Shown here piece by piece: positions 1 to 8,839 of a stretch of 44,715 nt of DNA. Origin of the DNA: a virus (lineage: Duplodnaviria > Caudoviricetes); the IMG/VR virus record IMGVR_UViG_3300023263_000004, positions 1-44,715 of that record. One strand, given 5' to 3'. Within the stretch, counting starts at the first letter, position 1. Each line of letters begins with the position of its first letter. The translations under genes and the position numbers were made by a program. Under the pieces are notes generated by a model. That model was not told the origin of the DNA. It saw only the letters and a list, made by a program, of their open reading frames with translations, and did no database searches.

Positions 1-60
1 GGCAAAAAAAGCCACGCGCGAAATTGAACAGGGGGGGGTTAATTCGACAGGGGGGGCTAG
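1..60. other. left genome end, cos/packaging-site region
   Basis: Non-coding, with an A-run, CGCGCGAAATT and G-runs. Lies upstream of the packaging operon and continues from the right end after the HNH gene, as in HK97-like cos phages. Confidence 0.55.
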
Positions 61-63
61 GTC

Positions 64-273
64 ATGACCGACGCCGAAGGCACGGAACTTCTCGCGAAAA
101 TTGGCGTGGCGGTACTGGCCGCAATTATTCTGCCCACCGTCGACCCGGAGGTTGAGCCGAAGTTGGACGTCGAGGCGGTGGCGGTTCGGCGGGCGCTGAC
201 GATTATCAAAGAAGTCGATCGCGCTTTTGAAGGCGGCAAGGTTCTCGCAGATTTGTTCGGGCGGAAGCCATGA
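64..273 (+). CDS. hypothetical protein
   Basis: 69-aa ORF with an ATGA overlap into the next gene. Confidence 0.55.
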   Translation: MTDAEGTELLAKIGVAVLAAIILPTVDPEVEPKLDVEAVAVRRALTIIKEVDRAFEGGKVLADLFGRKP

Positions 274-641
274 AGCCGGGGCCGATTCAATTCGCGACGC
301 GCGCCTTGGGCGCCCCCGAAGGTTGGGACCGTGAGAAGCACGGCGATTGCGACGTGCTGGAAGTGCGCGACCGCGACGGGCAGATGGATTCCGCGTGGTA
401 TCCAACGGACGAAGAGAAAGCCGCGATCGCTGCCGGCCGTCCCGTCATCCTGACCGTGTGGGGTTCCGGGCATCCGCCCGTTTCGGTCAACGTCGAACCG
501 CAGGACGGGCACAAGGAAGACCTGCACGGGGCCGAACCACCGGACGGTGCAGTCGAAATCACATCGCTGACCGATGAAAGGCGGAAGTACTACGACCGGG
601 CCAGCGGGAAAACATACGTCGGCGACCCGGTGAAGCTGTGA
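270..641 (+). CDS. hypothetical phage protein
   Basis: 123 aa, coupled to genes on both sides, protein-like composition (LGAPEGWD...SAWYPTDEE...HPPV). Confidence 0.7.
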   Translation: MKPGPIQFATRALGAPEGWDREKHGDCDVLEVRDRDGQMDSAWYPTDEEKAAIAAGRPVILTVWGSGHPPVSVNVEPQDGHKEDLHGAEPPDGAVEITSLTDERRKYYDRASGKTYVGDPVKL

Positions 642-2272
642 AGTGGCCAGCCACCGTTGTCGAAATGTGGGCGATCGACAGGCTGAAGGAACGCAAGAAC
701 AACCCCCGCACGCACTCCGGTGAACAGGTCGAACAGATCGCCGCGAGCATGCGCGAGTGGGGCTGGACGAACCCGATCCTAGCCGAAGAGGACGGGACCA
801 TTATCGCCGGCCACGGCCGATGGCTGGGCGGCAAAAAGAACGGGTACCCCGAAGCGCCGGTCATGATCGCGCGCGGCTGGACCCCTGAGCAGATCCGCGC
901 CTATGTCATCGCAGACAACAAACTCGCGCTCAACGCCGGATGGGATGAAGCCCTGCTGGTCGCGGAGCTGGAAGCCTTGAGCGAGGCCGACTTTCAAATG
1001 GAGCTGATCGGCTTCAGCGACGAGGAACTGAAGGCGCTGACGGCCGAACCTGAGCCGGAACCGGACAACGACGGGCGCGACAACGTCCCCGAACCGCAGT
1101 CCCAAGCCGTCACCGGCGTTGGCGAGGTCTGGCAATGCGGCCGGCACCGGGTCATGTGCGGCGATTCGACCATTGCCGATCAGGTCGCGATCGTGATGAA
1201 CGGCGAAAAAGCGCGGCTGCTGCACGCGGATCCGCCCTACGGGATGGGCAAAGAGGACGTCGGGGTGCTCAACGACAACCTCTACGGGGACAAACTCGAC
1301 CGTTTCCAGATGGCTTGGTGGCATGCGTGGCGCCCTTTCCTGGAGCCGAACGCGTCCGCGTACATCTGGGGCAACGCTCCGAACCTGTGGCGGCTGTGGT
1401 ATCGGCGGGCGTTCAACAAGAAAACCGAGGTCGGCGGGCTCGACGAGTCCGAACCCCTCACGCTTCGCAACGAAATCGTGTGGGACAAGAAGTCGATCGC
1501 GGGCATGGCGTCCGAGGACCTGACGCAATACCCCGAGGCGTCCGAGCGCGCGCTCTTCTTCCAGATCGGCCGCCACGTGCTGCTGGTGAACCAGACGAAG
1601 GACGATTACTGGGACGGTTGGGAGCCGATCCGCCGCTGGCTGTGCGAGGAGCGGAACAAGGCAGGGTGGAAGCCGGGCGACGTGAAGCGCATCTGCGAAA
1701 ATCACATGTACGGGCATTGGTTCGGCAAGTCGCAATGGGTCTTCATCACCCGTGAAAACTACGAAAAGCTGCAACGCGCGGCCGCTGGCAAGGCGTTCAC
1801 GCGGGACTATGCCGACCTCGATCGCGAGTTTCGGACGACGGCCAAAGTCTTCGACCGCGAAGTGCGCGATCCGCGGGTTGCTGAGTTTCGCGCCGCGCGG
1901 CCCTACTTCGACAACGCGCACTCCATCATGCGGGACGTATGGGAATTCTCACGCGTATCGAGTGACGAGCGGCACGACCACGCCACGCCGAAGCCAGTGG
2001 ACATGATGGAGCGCGTGATGCGGTCCAGCCTGCGCGAAGGTGAACTGGCCGTCGAACCGTTCCTCGGGTCGGGGTCTACACTGATCGGCGCGCACAAGGC
2101 GCAGCGGCGTTTGTTCGGGATGGAGTTGGACCCGCGGTGGGTCGATGTGACGGTTCGGCGCTGGCAGTCCTATTCGGGATTGAAGGCAACGCTGGAGGGT
2201 GACGGCAGAACATTTGACGAGGTCGAACGTGAAAGGACGAAAGCCAAAGCCGTCGTACATGCGAGTACTTGA
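638..2272 (+). CDS. ParB/Srx N-terminal domain fused to an N6/N4 DNA methyltransferase (beta-class motif order)
   Basis: NNPRTHS...IIAGHGR (ParB-like), then GRHRVMCGDS, ADPPY, HATPKPV, EPFLGSGSTLI and GMELDP. Confidence 0.9.
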   Translation: MKWPATVVEMWAIDRLKERKNNPRTHSGEQVEQIAASMREWGWTNPILAEEDGTIIAGHGRWLGGKKNGYPEAPVMIARGWTPEQIRAYVIADNKLALNAGWDEALLVAELEALSEADFQMELIGFSDEELKALTAEPEPEPDNDGRDNVPEPQSQAVTGVGEVWQCGRHRVMCGDSTIADQVAIVMNGEKARLLHADPPYGMGKEDVGVLNDNLYGDKLDRFQMAWWHAWRPFLEPNASAYIWGNAPNLWRLWYRRAFNKKTEVGGLDESEPLTLRNEIVWDKKSIAGMASEDLTQYPEASERALFFQIGRHVLLVNQTKDDYWDGWEPIRRWLCEERNKAGWKPGDVKRICENHMYGHWFGKSQWVFITRENYEKLQRAAAGKAFTRDYADLDREFRTTAKVFDREVRDPRVAEFRAARPYFDNAHSIMRDVWEFSRVSSDERHDHATPKPVDMMERVMRSSLREGELAVEPFLGSGSTLIGAHKAQRRLFGMELDPRWVDVTVRRWQSYSGLKATLEGDGRTFDEVERERTKAKAVVHAST

Positions 2273-2702
2273 CGGGAACGCAGGCAAGCGTCCGGTCAAT
2301 GAACACGAACCGATCCCCCAGGGGAAGCTGGAAGACCAGCCACCCCCCGACGGATTGAGCGACGCGCAGAAAATCATATGGCGCCAAGCGATCAGAAGCG
2401 CCCCACCGGGGATGTTGCGGCACCTGGACGAGTCGGTCCTGGAAGTGTGGGTCGTGGCGTGCGAGCGGCACCGCGACGCATCGAAGCAAGTGGCCAAGCT
2501 GGGCTCACTGCTGAAGGGCAAGACCGGCACGCCCTACCAGAACCCGTACCTTGCGATCATGAACAAGCAGGCGGCGATCCTGCTGAAAGCCGCGGCCGAG
2601 CTGGGCTTCACGCCGTCGAGCCGTAGCCGTGTCAAAGTCGAACCTCCGCTCCCCGGCGAGGGCGATCCGTTCGCCGATCTCAAGCGGCTCGACGCCGACT
2701 GA
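2229..2702 (+). CDS. terS: terminase small subunit, P27 family
   Basis: GTG start at 2229 gives MKGRKPKP...GNAGKRP; also QNPYLAI and AAELGFTPSSRSR. Confidence 0.9.
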   Translation: MKGRKPKPSYMRVLDGNAGKRPVNEHEPIPQGKLEDQPPPDGLSDAQKIIWRQAIRSAPPGMLRHLDESVLEVWVVACERHRDASKQVAKLGSLLKGKTGTPYQNPYLAIMNKQAAILLKAAAELGFTPSSRSRVKVEPPLPGEGDPFADLKRLDAD

Positions 2703-4419
2703 TTACGTTTCGATCGCCATTGCGTTCGCCGAGGAAGTGCTCGACGATCGCCGCGGCCTATGGACGGGCCGGCTTCTACGTCTCGCCGCGCGCCGATTCC
2801 TTCGGGACCTCAACCGCTCCCTGCTGAAGCGGCCGCCGTTCGTATTCTCGCCGGACAAGGCGAACGCGCACTGCCGCTTCATCGAAGCGTTGCCCCACGT
2901 CGAAGGCGAGTGGGAAACCGAAAACATCCTCCTGCAGCCGGCGCAAATTTTCGTCGTCGTCCAGCTCTTCGGCTTCCGCAAGCACAACGGCGCGCGCCGG
3001 TTTTCCGAGTGCGTGCTGGCAATGGCGCGCAAGAACGCCAAGACCACGCTGGCCGCGGCCATCCTGCTGTCGTGCTTCTGCCTGGAGAAAGAGCCGGGCG
3101 CCCAGATAATCAGCGCGGCCACCACGGGCGACCAGGCGCGCATCGTCTGGAGCATCGCGAAGAAGATGATCCTGAAGCGGCCGAGCCTGCGCGCGGTCTT
3201 CGACGTGGAGCCGTTCGCCAATTCGATCGCACGCTACGAAACGCAATCGGTCTTCAAGCCGATCAACAGCAAGGCCAGCACGCAGGACGGGTTGAACCCC
3301 AGCGTCACCAACCTTGACGAAGTCCACGCCCACAAGACCCACGACCTGCTGAACGTGCTGCGCTCCGCGGCCGGCGCGCGCAAGAACCCGCTGTGGCTGT
3401 ACACCACGACCGAGGGCTACGAGTCTCCGGGCCCGTGGCCGGAATTGCGGGCAATGGCGAAGAACGTCCTCGAGGGCGTCATCACCGCGGACCATTTGCT
3501 TGCCGTGCTGTGGATGCTCGACGACGACGACGACGAGCTGGACGAGCGCAACTGGCCGAAGGCGAACCCGCTGATCTACAGCAACCCGGAAATCCTGCCG
3601 ACCATGCGCCAGCTCGCGATCAACGCGCGGAGCATGCCGGGCACGCTGGCCGAATTTCGCATCAAGCGGTGCAACCTGCCGGCCGCGGCCGCGCGCGCGT
3701 GGGTGAACCTGCGCAAGTGGAACCGCTGCGCCGGACCCGTGGACGTGGACTTCCTGGTTCGGGTGGGGGCGCCGTGCTGGGGTGCGCTCGACCTTGCGTC
3801 CACGGCGGACTTGGCGGCGCTTCGGTGGCTGTGGCGATGGGAGGAACGCTGGTACACGTGGGGGCGGTTCTGGGTCCCGGAAGAGGCGGTGGCGCAGCGG
3901 ACCGAGTCGAACCGGGTGCCGTATGGGCCCTGGGTGGCGCAGGGGTTGATAACGCAAACGTCCGGGGATGTGATCGACTACGACGTGATCGAGGCGCAAG
4001 TTGTGGCGGACGCGGCGCGTTTCGGCGCGCGGAAAATCGGTTACGATCCGTGGAATGCGGCGGACCTGGTCAACCGGCTGGTCGCGGAGGGGTTGCCGAT
4101 GGAGGCTTTCATCCAGGGCTTCAAGAGCTACAACCCCGCGATGAAAGAATGCGCCAGGGTGTACGCGTCGCGCGATCCGATGTTCAGCCACGGCGGCGAC
4201 CCGGTGCTGCGCTGGAACATGGCGAACCTGGTGCCCCGCTACGACGCGAACATGAATGAGGCGCCAGACCGAAAGCGCAGCGCTGAGAAGATCGACGGGG
4301 CGTGTACGCTGTTCATGTGCTTCGGCTTGGCACTGGCGGAAGAGGACGAGGGCGACGCCGAGGGCTTTTTCTCCCGTCCCGTTCGCAGTAGCGGCGGGGC
4401 TCGACCGAGGGTTAGCTAG
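2629..4419 (+). CDS. terL: terminase large subunit
   Basis: Walker A ARKNAKT, DGLNPS..LDEVH, WPKANP, GALDLAS, GYDPWNA, EKIDGA. Exact start uncertain. Confidence 0.95.
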   Translation: MSKSNLRSPARAIRSPISSGSTPTDYVSIAIAFAEEVLDDRRGLWTGRLLRLAARRFLRDLNRSLLKRPPFVFSPDKANAHCRFIEALPHVEGEWETENILLQPAQIFVVVQLFGFRKHNGARRFSECVLAMARKNAKTTLAAAILLSCFCLEKEPGAQIISAATTGDQARIVWSIAKKMILKRPSLRAVFDVEPFANSIARYETQSVFKPINSKASTQDGLNPSVTNLDEVHAHKTHDLLNVLRSAAGARKNPLWLYTTTEGYESPGPWPELRAMAKNVLEGVITADHLLAVLWMLDDDDDELDERNWPKANPLIYSNPEILPTMRQLAINARSMPGTLAEFRIKRCNLPAAAARAWVNLRKWNRCAGPVDVDFLVRVGAPCWGALDLASTADLAALRWLWRWEERWYTWGRFWVPEEAVAQRTESNRVPYGPWVAQGLITQTSGDVIDYDVIEAQVVADAARFGARKIGYDPWNAADLVNRLVAEGLPMEAFIQGFKSYNPAMKECARVYASRDPMFSHGGDPVLRWNMANLVPRYDANMNEAPDRKRSAEKIDGACTLFMCFGLALAEEDEGDAEGFFSRPVRSSGGARPRVS

Positions 4420-5834
4420 TGTCAGTCATGCCGCCGCGGCTCAATCAGTCCCAAATGCGCCAAGCACGGCAGGCCGGGTACATCCTCCCGAGGGCCAGCA
4501 AGTCCAGCTTCTTCGGATCGATGTTCTCTTGGTTCCCCTCGGTCCGCTTTGGACAGGCGACGTTCTGGCCGGTGGGCGGCAATTCCAAGCCCCCAGTCAA
4601 CGCGGCCACGTCGAGCACGGGCCAGATCGTCACGCCGGCGAGCGCTCTTACCCTGTCCGCCGCGTGGGCATGCGTATGGCTGAACGCTTGCACGATGGCA
4701 TCGATGCCGCTGGACCTGAAGCGCTACAAGAAAGACGGCAAGGGCGTCCTCGAGGAAAACAACCCGCTTTACCAGGTCTTGCGCTGGACGCCGTCGCGGA
4801 GCATGACGGCTTACGAGTTTTGGACCTGCATGTGGGCGTCGGTCCTGCTGTGGGGGTCCGGCTATGCGGTGAAGCGCATGAGTGCTGGCAACGTGATCGC
4901 CCTAGACTTCCTGTTGCCTGAGTACGTGACGGTCTACCAGGACGAAAACCGGCGCCTCCGCTATCGCTACGACGACCCGCGCGACCCGCAGGACTACACC
5001 GCGGACCAAATCTTCACCATTCGCGAGCGCACCCTGGACGGGTTGAGCGGGTGCAGCGTCATTGAGTTCGCGCGCAATAGCCTGGGAATTGCGCAGGCTG
5101 GGGAGCTGGCGGCCGGCAAGACGTTCCGCAAGGGACTGAACGCGTCGGGCTTCATCAAGGTTGAGAAGTTCCTGAAGGTGGACCAGCGGCAGGAGTTCCG
5201 CAATTCGATCGACGAGTTCACCGGCGACGGTCCGAAGGCAGGCGGCACAATGGTCCTCGAGGGTGGGACCGACTACAAGCAACTGAGCATGAAGCCGGCC
5301 GACGCGGAGCTGTTGCAGTCCAGGCAATTCTCGGTCGAGGACGTGTGCCGATGGTTCCGCACGCCGCCCATCCTGATCGGCCATTCCTCGCAGGGTCAAA
5401 CGATGTGGGGGTCTGGGCTCGAGCAAATCTTCCGGGGCTGGACAAACATCTCCCTGCGGCCGTACATCACGTGCTGCACGCAGGCGATCCGAAAGTCGCT
5501 GATCCTGCCGGCCGATCGCGCCGAGCTCTACGCCGAGTACGACCTGGACGACTTGCTGCAAGCGGACAGCTTGGCGCGTGCCCAGCTCTACTCGCAGTTC
5601 GCCCAGAACGGCATCAAGACCCGGAACGAGTTGCGGGAAAAAGAGGGCGACGGACCGTTGCCGGGTGGCGATGTGCTGACCGTCCAGTCGAATCTGGTAC
5701 CGCTGGACGCCCTGGGCCAGCAGCAGCAGGGCACCAGTGCCGGGACCGCGGCCGCTGAAAAGATGCGGAACGCTCTGCTAGAGTTCCTGAGCATTGAGGC
5801 GTCCCCGCCACCGTCCGAGGGTCCGAAGTCATGA
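4419..5834 (+). CDS. portal protein, HK97 family
   Basis: SAAWACV, DGLSGCS, VLEGG, LLQSRQFSVEDVCRWFRTPP, TRNELREKE; follows terL. Confidence 0.95.
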   Translation: MSVMPPRLNQSQMRQARQAGYILPRASKSSFFGSMFSWFPSVRFGQATFWPVGGNSKPPVNAATSSTGQIVTPASALTLSAAWACVWLNACTMASMPLDLKRYKKDGKGVLEENNPLYQVLRWTPSRSMTAYEFWTCMWASVLLWGSGYAVKRMSAGNVIALDFLLPEYVTVYQDENRRLRYRYDDPRDPQDYTADQIFTIRERTLDGLSGCSVIEFARNSLGIAQAGELAAGKTFRKGLNASGFIKVEKFLKVDQRQEFRNSIDEFTGDGPKAGGTMVLEGGTDYKQLSMKPADAELLQSRQFSVEDVCRWFRTPPILIGHSSQGQTMWGSGLEQIFRGWTNISLRPYITCCTQAIRKSLILPADRAELYAEYDLDDLLQADSLARAQLYSQFAQNGIKTRNELREKEGDGPLPGGDVLTVQSNLVPLDALGQQQQGTSAGTAAAEKMRNALLEFLSIEASPPPSEGPKS

Positions 5835-6505
5835 AGCTAAAACACCGCACCTATCCCCTGCACGTGAAGGAAATCACGGAAAAGGGGCAGCTTTGTGGCC
5901 ATGCCTCGGTCTTCGACAAGCTCGACTGGTACGGCGACGTAGTTCGCCGCGGCGCGTTCACGAAGACCATCGCCAACTGGAAAGGCAAGGGACGATTGCC
6001 GCCGCTGCTGTGGCAGCACGACAGCCGAACCCCGATCGGTCCGCACCTGGACATGTACGAGGACGACAAGGGTCTGTACGTCGAGGCGCAACTGCTGATC
6101 GACGACGTTCCCAAAGCGCGCGAGGCCCGCGCCCTGGTCATCGCGAAGGCGATCAACGGATTTTCGATCGGCTTCGACTATGCCGAGGACGGCATTGAGT
6201 ACGACGGCAAGACGAACGTGTGGAACCTGTTGGAGCTGGACCTCTGGGAGAATTCTCTGGTCACGTTCCCGGCCAACGAAGACGCCGGCGTCACTGAGGT
6301 GAAAAGCATCCTGGCCGGGGGTAAACTGCCCACGCCATCCGAATTCGAGGGGCTTCTGCGAGACGCCGGATTCTCTCGAAAGCAGGCCAAGCACATCGCC
6401 GCCTGCGGTTTCACGAGCCTGCGAGACGCTGGCTTGCCTCTGCGAGACGCTGAGGACGAAAAGGCGATCGACCTTTCCGACATCCTGAACTATTTGAGGG
6501 CGTAG
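5831..6505 (+). CDS. prohead maturation protease, HK97 family
   Basis: GHASVF, LLWQHD, GFSIGF, LWENSLVTFPAN. Confidence 0.95.
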   Translation: MKLKHRTYPLHVKEITEKGQLCGHASVFDKLDWYGDVVRRGAFTKTIANWKGKGRLPPLLWQHDSRTPIGPHLDMYEDDKGLYVEAQLLIDDVPKAREARALVIAKAINGFSIGFDYAEDGIEYDGKTNVWNLLELDLWENSLVTFPANEDAGVTEVKSILAGGKLPTPSEFEGLLRDAGFSRKQAKHIAACGFTSLRDAGLPLRDAEDEKAIDLSDILNYLRA

Positions 6506-6508
6506 CAG

Positions 6509-7732
6509 ATGAACGAGCAAAGCGAAGAGCTGAAAAAGCAGGTCAAGGAAATCCTTGACGCGATGAAGAAGCGCGACGACGAAAACGCCGCCGTGCTCAA
6601 GAAGACCGCTGAGGACGTGGCCGCGTTCGGCAAGATCCAGGAGGGCACCAAAGATGCGGTCGCCGCCATAAACGCCGAGGGGCAAAAGCTCCAAGGCCGC
6701 ATGCTGGAGGTCGAGCAAAAGCTGGCCGAGCTGAAGACTAATCCGGGCCCGGTGAAGGATGTCACGCTGGGCGAGAAGGTGGTGACCGATCCGAAGTTCA
6801 AGGAGTTCGCCGCGCTCGCAAAGTCGAAGGGCAACCACTCCCAGCGCTTCGAGCTGAAGTCCTACGGGCTGAAGCAAATCACCAGTATCGACAGCAGCGG
6901 CGGGGCGGGTATCTGGTCCACGCGACTGCCGGGCGTGATCGAGGAACCCCTGCGACCCCTGTCGATTCGCGACCTGCTGGACCAGGGCTCCACGGATTCC
7001 AACCTGATCGAGTGGGTGCGCGAGAACGTGTACACCAACGAAGCGGACGTGGTGAGCGAGGGCGCGCTGAAGCCCGAGTCCAACATCACCTACGAACGGT
7101 TGGACGTGCCGGTCCGCACGATCGCGCACTGGATCCGCGCGTCGAAACAGGTTCTGGCGGACTTCAAGCAACTGCAAACGATGATCAACGGGCGCATGCG
7201 CTGGGGTCTGCGGATCAAGGAAGAGGACGAGATCCTGTACGGCGACGGCACCGGCGAACATCTGCTGGGACTGATCCCGCAGGCGACCGACTACAACACG
7301 ACGCTGAATCGCACCGGCGACACGTTCATTGACGTGATCCGCCACGCGATTCTGCAGGTTCGGTTGGCGTTCTATCCGGCGTCCGGCATCGTGGTCAGTC
7401 CGACCGACTGGCATAACATCGAGCTGACCAAGGACAACGAAAACCGGTACCTGATGGCGTCCCCGCAGGGTCGCATTCCGGCGATGTTGTGGGGTCTGCC
7501 GGTGGTTGAGTCGGACGGCATGGCGACTTCGGGCGAGTTCCTGGTGGGCGCGTTCCGGCTGGCCGCCACCCTGTTCGATCGCGAAGAAGCCGCAATCCTC
7601 CTGAGCACCGAGGACCGCGACAACTTCATCCGCAACTTGGTCACCATCCTTGCCGAAGAGCGGCTGGCGCTGGCGGTTACGCGTCCGCGCGCGTTCGTGC
7701 ACGGGTCGTTCCCGAGCGGTTCGACGACCTGA
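6509..7732 (+). CDS. major capsid protein, HK97 fold with delta domain
   Basis: Coiled-coil N-terminus, EGALKPES, ILYGDGTG, LWGLPVV, NLVTILAEERLAL. Confidence 0.95.
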   Translation: MNEQSEELKKQVKEILDAMKKRDDENAAVLKKTAEDVAAFGKIQEGTKDAVAAINAEGQKLQGRMLEVEQKLAELKTNPGPVKDVTLGEKVVTDPKFKEFAALAKSKGNHSQRFELKSYGLKQITSIDSSGGAGIWSTRLPGVIEEPLRPLSIRDLLDQGSTDSNLIEWVRENVYTNEADVVSEGALKPESNITYERLDVPVRTIAHWIRASKQVLADFKQLQTMINGRMRWGLRIKEEDEILYGDGTGEHLLGLIPQATDYNTTLNRTGDTFIDVIRHAILQVRLAFYPASGIVVSPTDWHNIELTKDNENRYLMASPQGRIPAMLWGLPVVESDGMATSGEFLVGAFRLAATLFDREEAAILLSTEDRDNFIRNLVTILAEERLALAVTRPRAFVHGSFPSGSTT

Positions 7733-7778
7733 GTCTGAGTGCTCCGCGCGCTGCGACGCGCTGGGCTATTGGGCGACG

Positions 7779-7815
7779 AAAGGGCCGGCGTGCTAACGTG
7801 CGCCGGCCCTTTTTA
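7779..7815 (+). terminator. rho-independent terminator after the capsid gene
   Basis: Stem AAAGGGCCGGCG / CGCCGGCCCTTT running into a T-tract. Confidence 0.8.
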
Positions 7816-7841
7816 ATTCCACCGCGGAGGGGGACGTTCAC

Positions 7842-8267
7842 ATGTGGGTCCGAGCATTAAAAACCTTCAAGGGTCGGTACGGATCGATCAAAGCCGGCGA
7901 GAAGTTCAACGCCGAACCCGGGTACGTCACATCGCTGAACAAGCGCAAGGGCAACCCGCTGGTCGAGGTGCTGGACGAGCGGGACGAGCCGGGCCCAACG
8001 AAAGACCGGAACAAGGGCGACGCGCCGGGACGGGCGGGAAAAGTGAATCCCGGCGACCAGGGCCAGGCGCCGGCGAGCGATACGGGCCAAGTGCCGGCCG
8101 CTGGGAAGGCGCTCACGTCGCAATCATTGCCAGCGGTCCCAGCCTCACGAAAGAAGACTGCCGCGCCGTTGCAGCGTGGCGGGCGCAGGGGGAAGCCGAC
8201 CCCGCGCAAGGGCAAGGCGAAGCCGGCAACAAAAACCTCGAGTACTCCCGCGCACCCCGACGCGTAA
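7842..8267 (+). CDS. small post-capsid protein (frame-0 product of a probable frameshifted gene)
   Basis: GGAGG RBS at 7826-7830 and ATG at 7842. Globular N-terminus MWVRALKTFKGRYGSIKAGEKF followed by a low-complexity P/A/K tail. Confidence 0.75.
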   Translation: MWVRALKTFKGRYGSIKAGEKFNAEPGYVTSLNKRKGNPLVEVLDERDEPGPTKDRNKGDAPGRAGKVNPGDQGQAPASDTGQVPAAGKALTSQSLPAVPASRKKTAAPLQRGGRRGKPTPRKGKAKPATKTSSTPAHPDA

Positions 8268-8839
8268 TCGTCATCAACACCAGCTACCTGCTGGCGCCGT
8301 GGGCGGACGTCCTGTACGCGTGCGACGAAACGTGGTGGCTGAAGTACTACCCGCTGGTGGCGACGAGCTTCCGCGGGGAATGCTGGACGATCAGCGCCGG
8401 CGCCCGTGATCGGTTCGGGCTGTTCTGGATCTATGGCCAGGACTACGGCGGCTTGAGTCCCGCGCGCGACTACATCCACACGGGGAAGAACAGCGGGTTC
8501 CAGGCGATCAGCTTGGCGCACCTGTTCGGCGCTTCGCGCATCATCCTGGTCGGGTTCGACATGATGGCCACGGGTGGCCGGGCCCATTGGCACGGCAATC
8601 ACCCGCCCGGGCTGGCCAACGGGGGCGAGGGGCGGTACGCGGCGTGGCGCCGGGCGATGGAGCATCTCGCACTCGACATAAAGCGGACGAACTGCAAAGT
8701 CTTGAACGCCAGCCGACGGACTGCGCTAAAGTGTTTCCAGCGCGTCACGCTAGAAACCGCACTCCATGAAAACCAAGATCCTGTCGGAGCTGGAGACGAT
8801 CGCCGCTTGTCACAACCGGAGCCTTGCGCGGTTCGGTGA
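8042..8839 (+). CDS. Maf/DUF115-like putative glycosyltransferase domain, probably reached by a -1 frameshift from the 7842 ORF
   Basis: VAIIASGPSL, VIVINTSY...DVLYACD..WW, GKNSGFQAISLA..FGASRIILVGFDM. No in-frame start near the domain; slippery G GGA AAA at 8036-8042. Confidence 0.75.
   Translation, partial: SESRRPGPGAGERYGPSAGRWEGAHVAIIASGPSLTKEDCRAVAAWRAQGEADPAQGQGEAGNKNLEYSRAPRRVIVINTSYLLAPWADVLYACDETWWLKYYPLVATSFRGECWTISAGARDRFGLFWIYGQDYGGLSPARDYIHTGKNSGFQAISLAHLFGASRIILVGFDMMATGGRAHWHGNHPPGLANGGEGRYAAWRRAMEHLALDIKRTNCKVLNASRRTALKCFQRVTLETALHENQDPVGAGDDRRLSQPEPCAVR

Noticed and set aside
5837-7702. 621-aa minus-strand ORF and other long antisense ORFs (779-1921, 2776-4191, 24825-26186)
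   Set aside because: Shadows of well-supported + strand genes in high-GC DNA, with no motifs.
7844-8041. GTG 7844 as the true start of a 331-aa protein
   Set aside because: The first ~66 residues are off-frame-like (R/G/A-rich), while the overlapping ATG frame is protein-like. A frameshift is preferred, though this start is not excluded.
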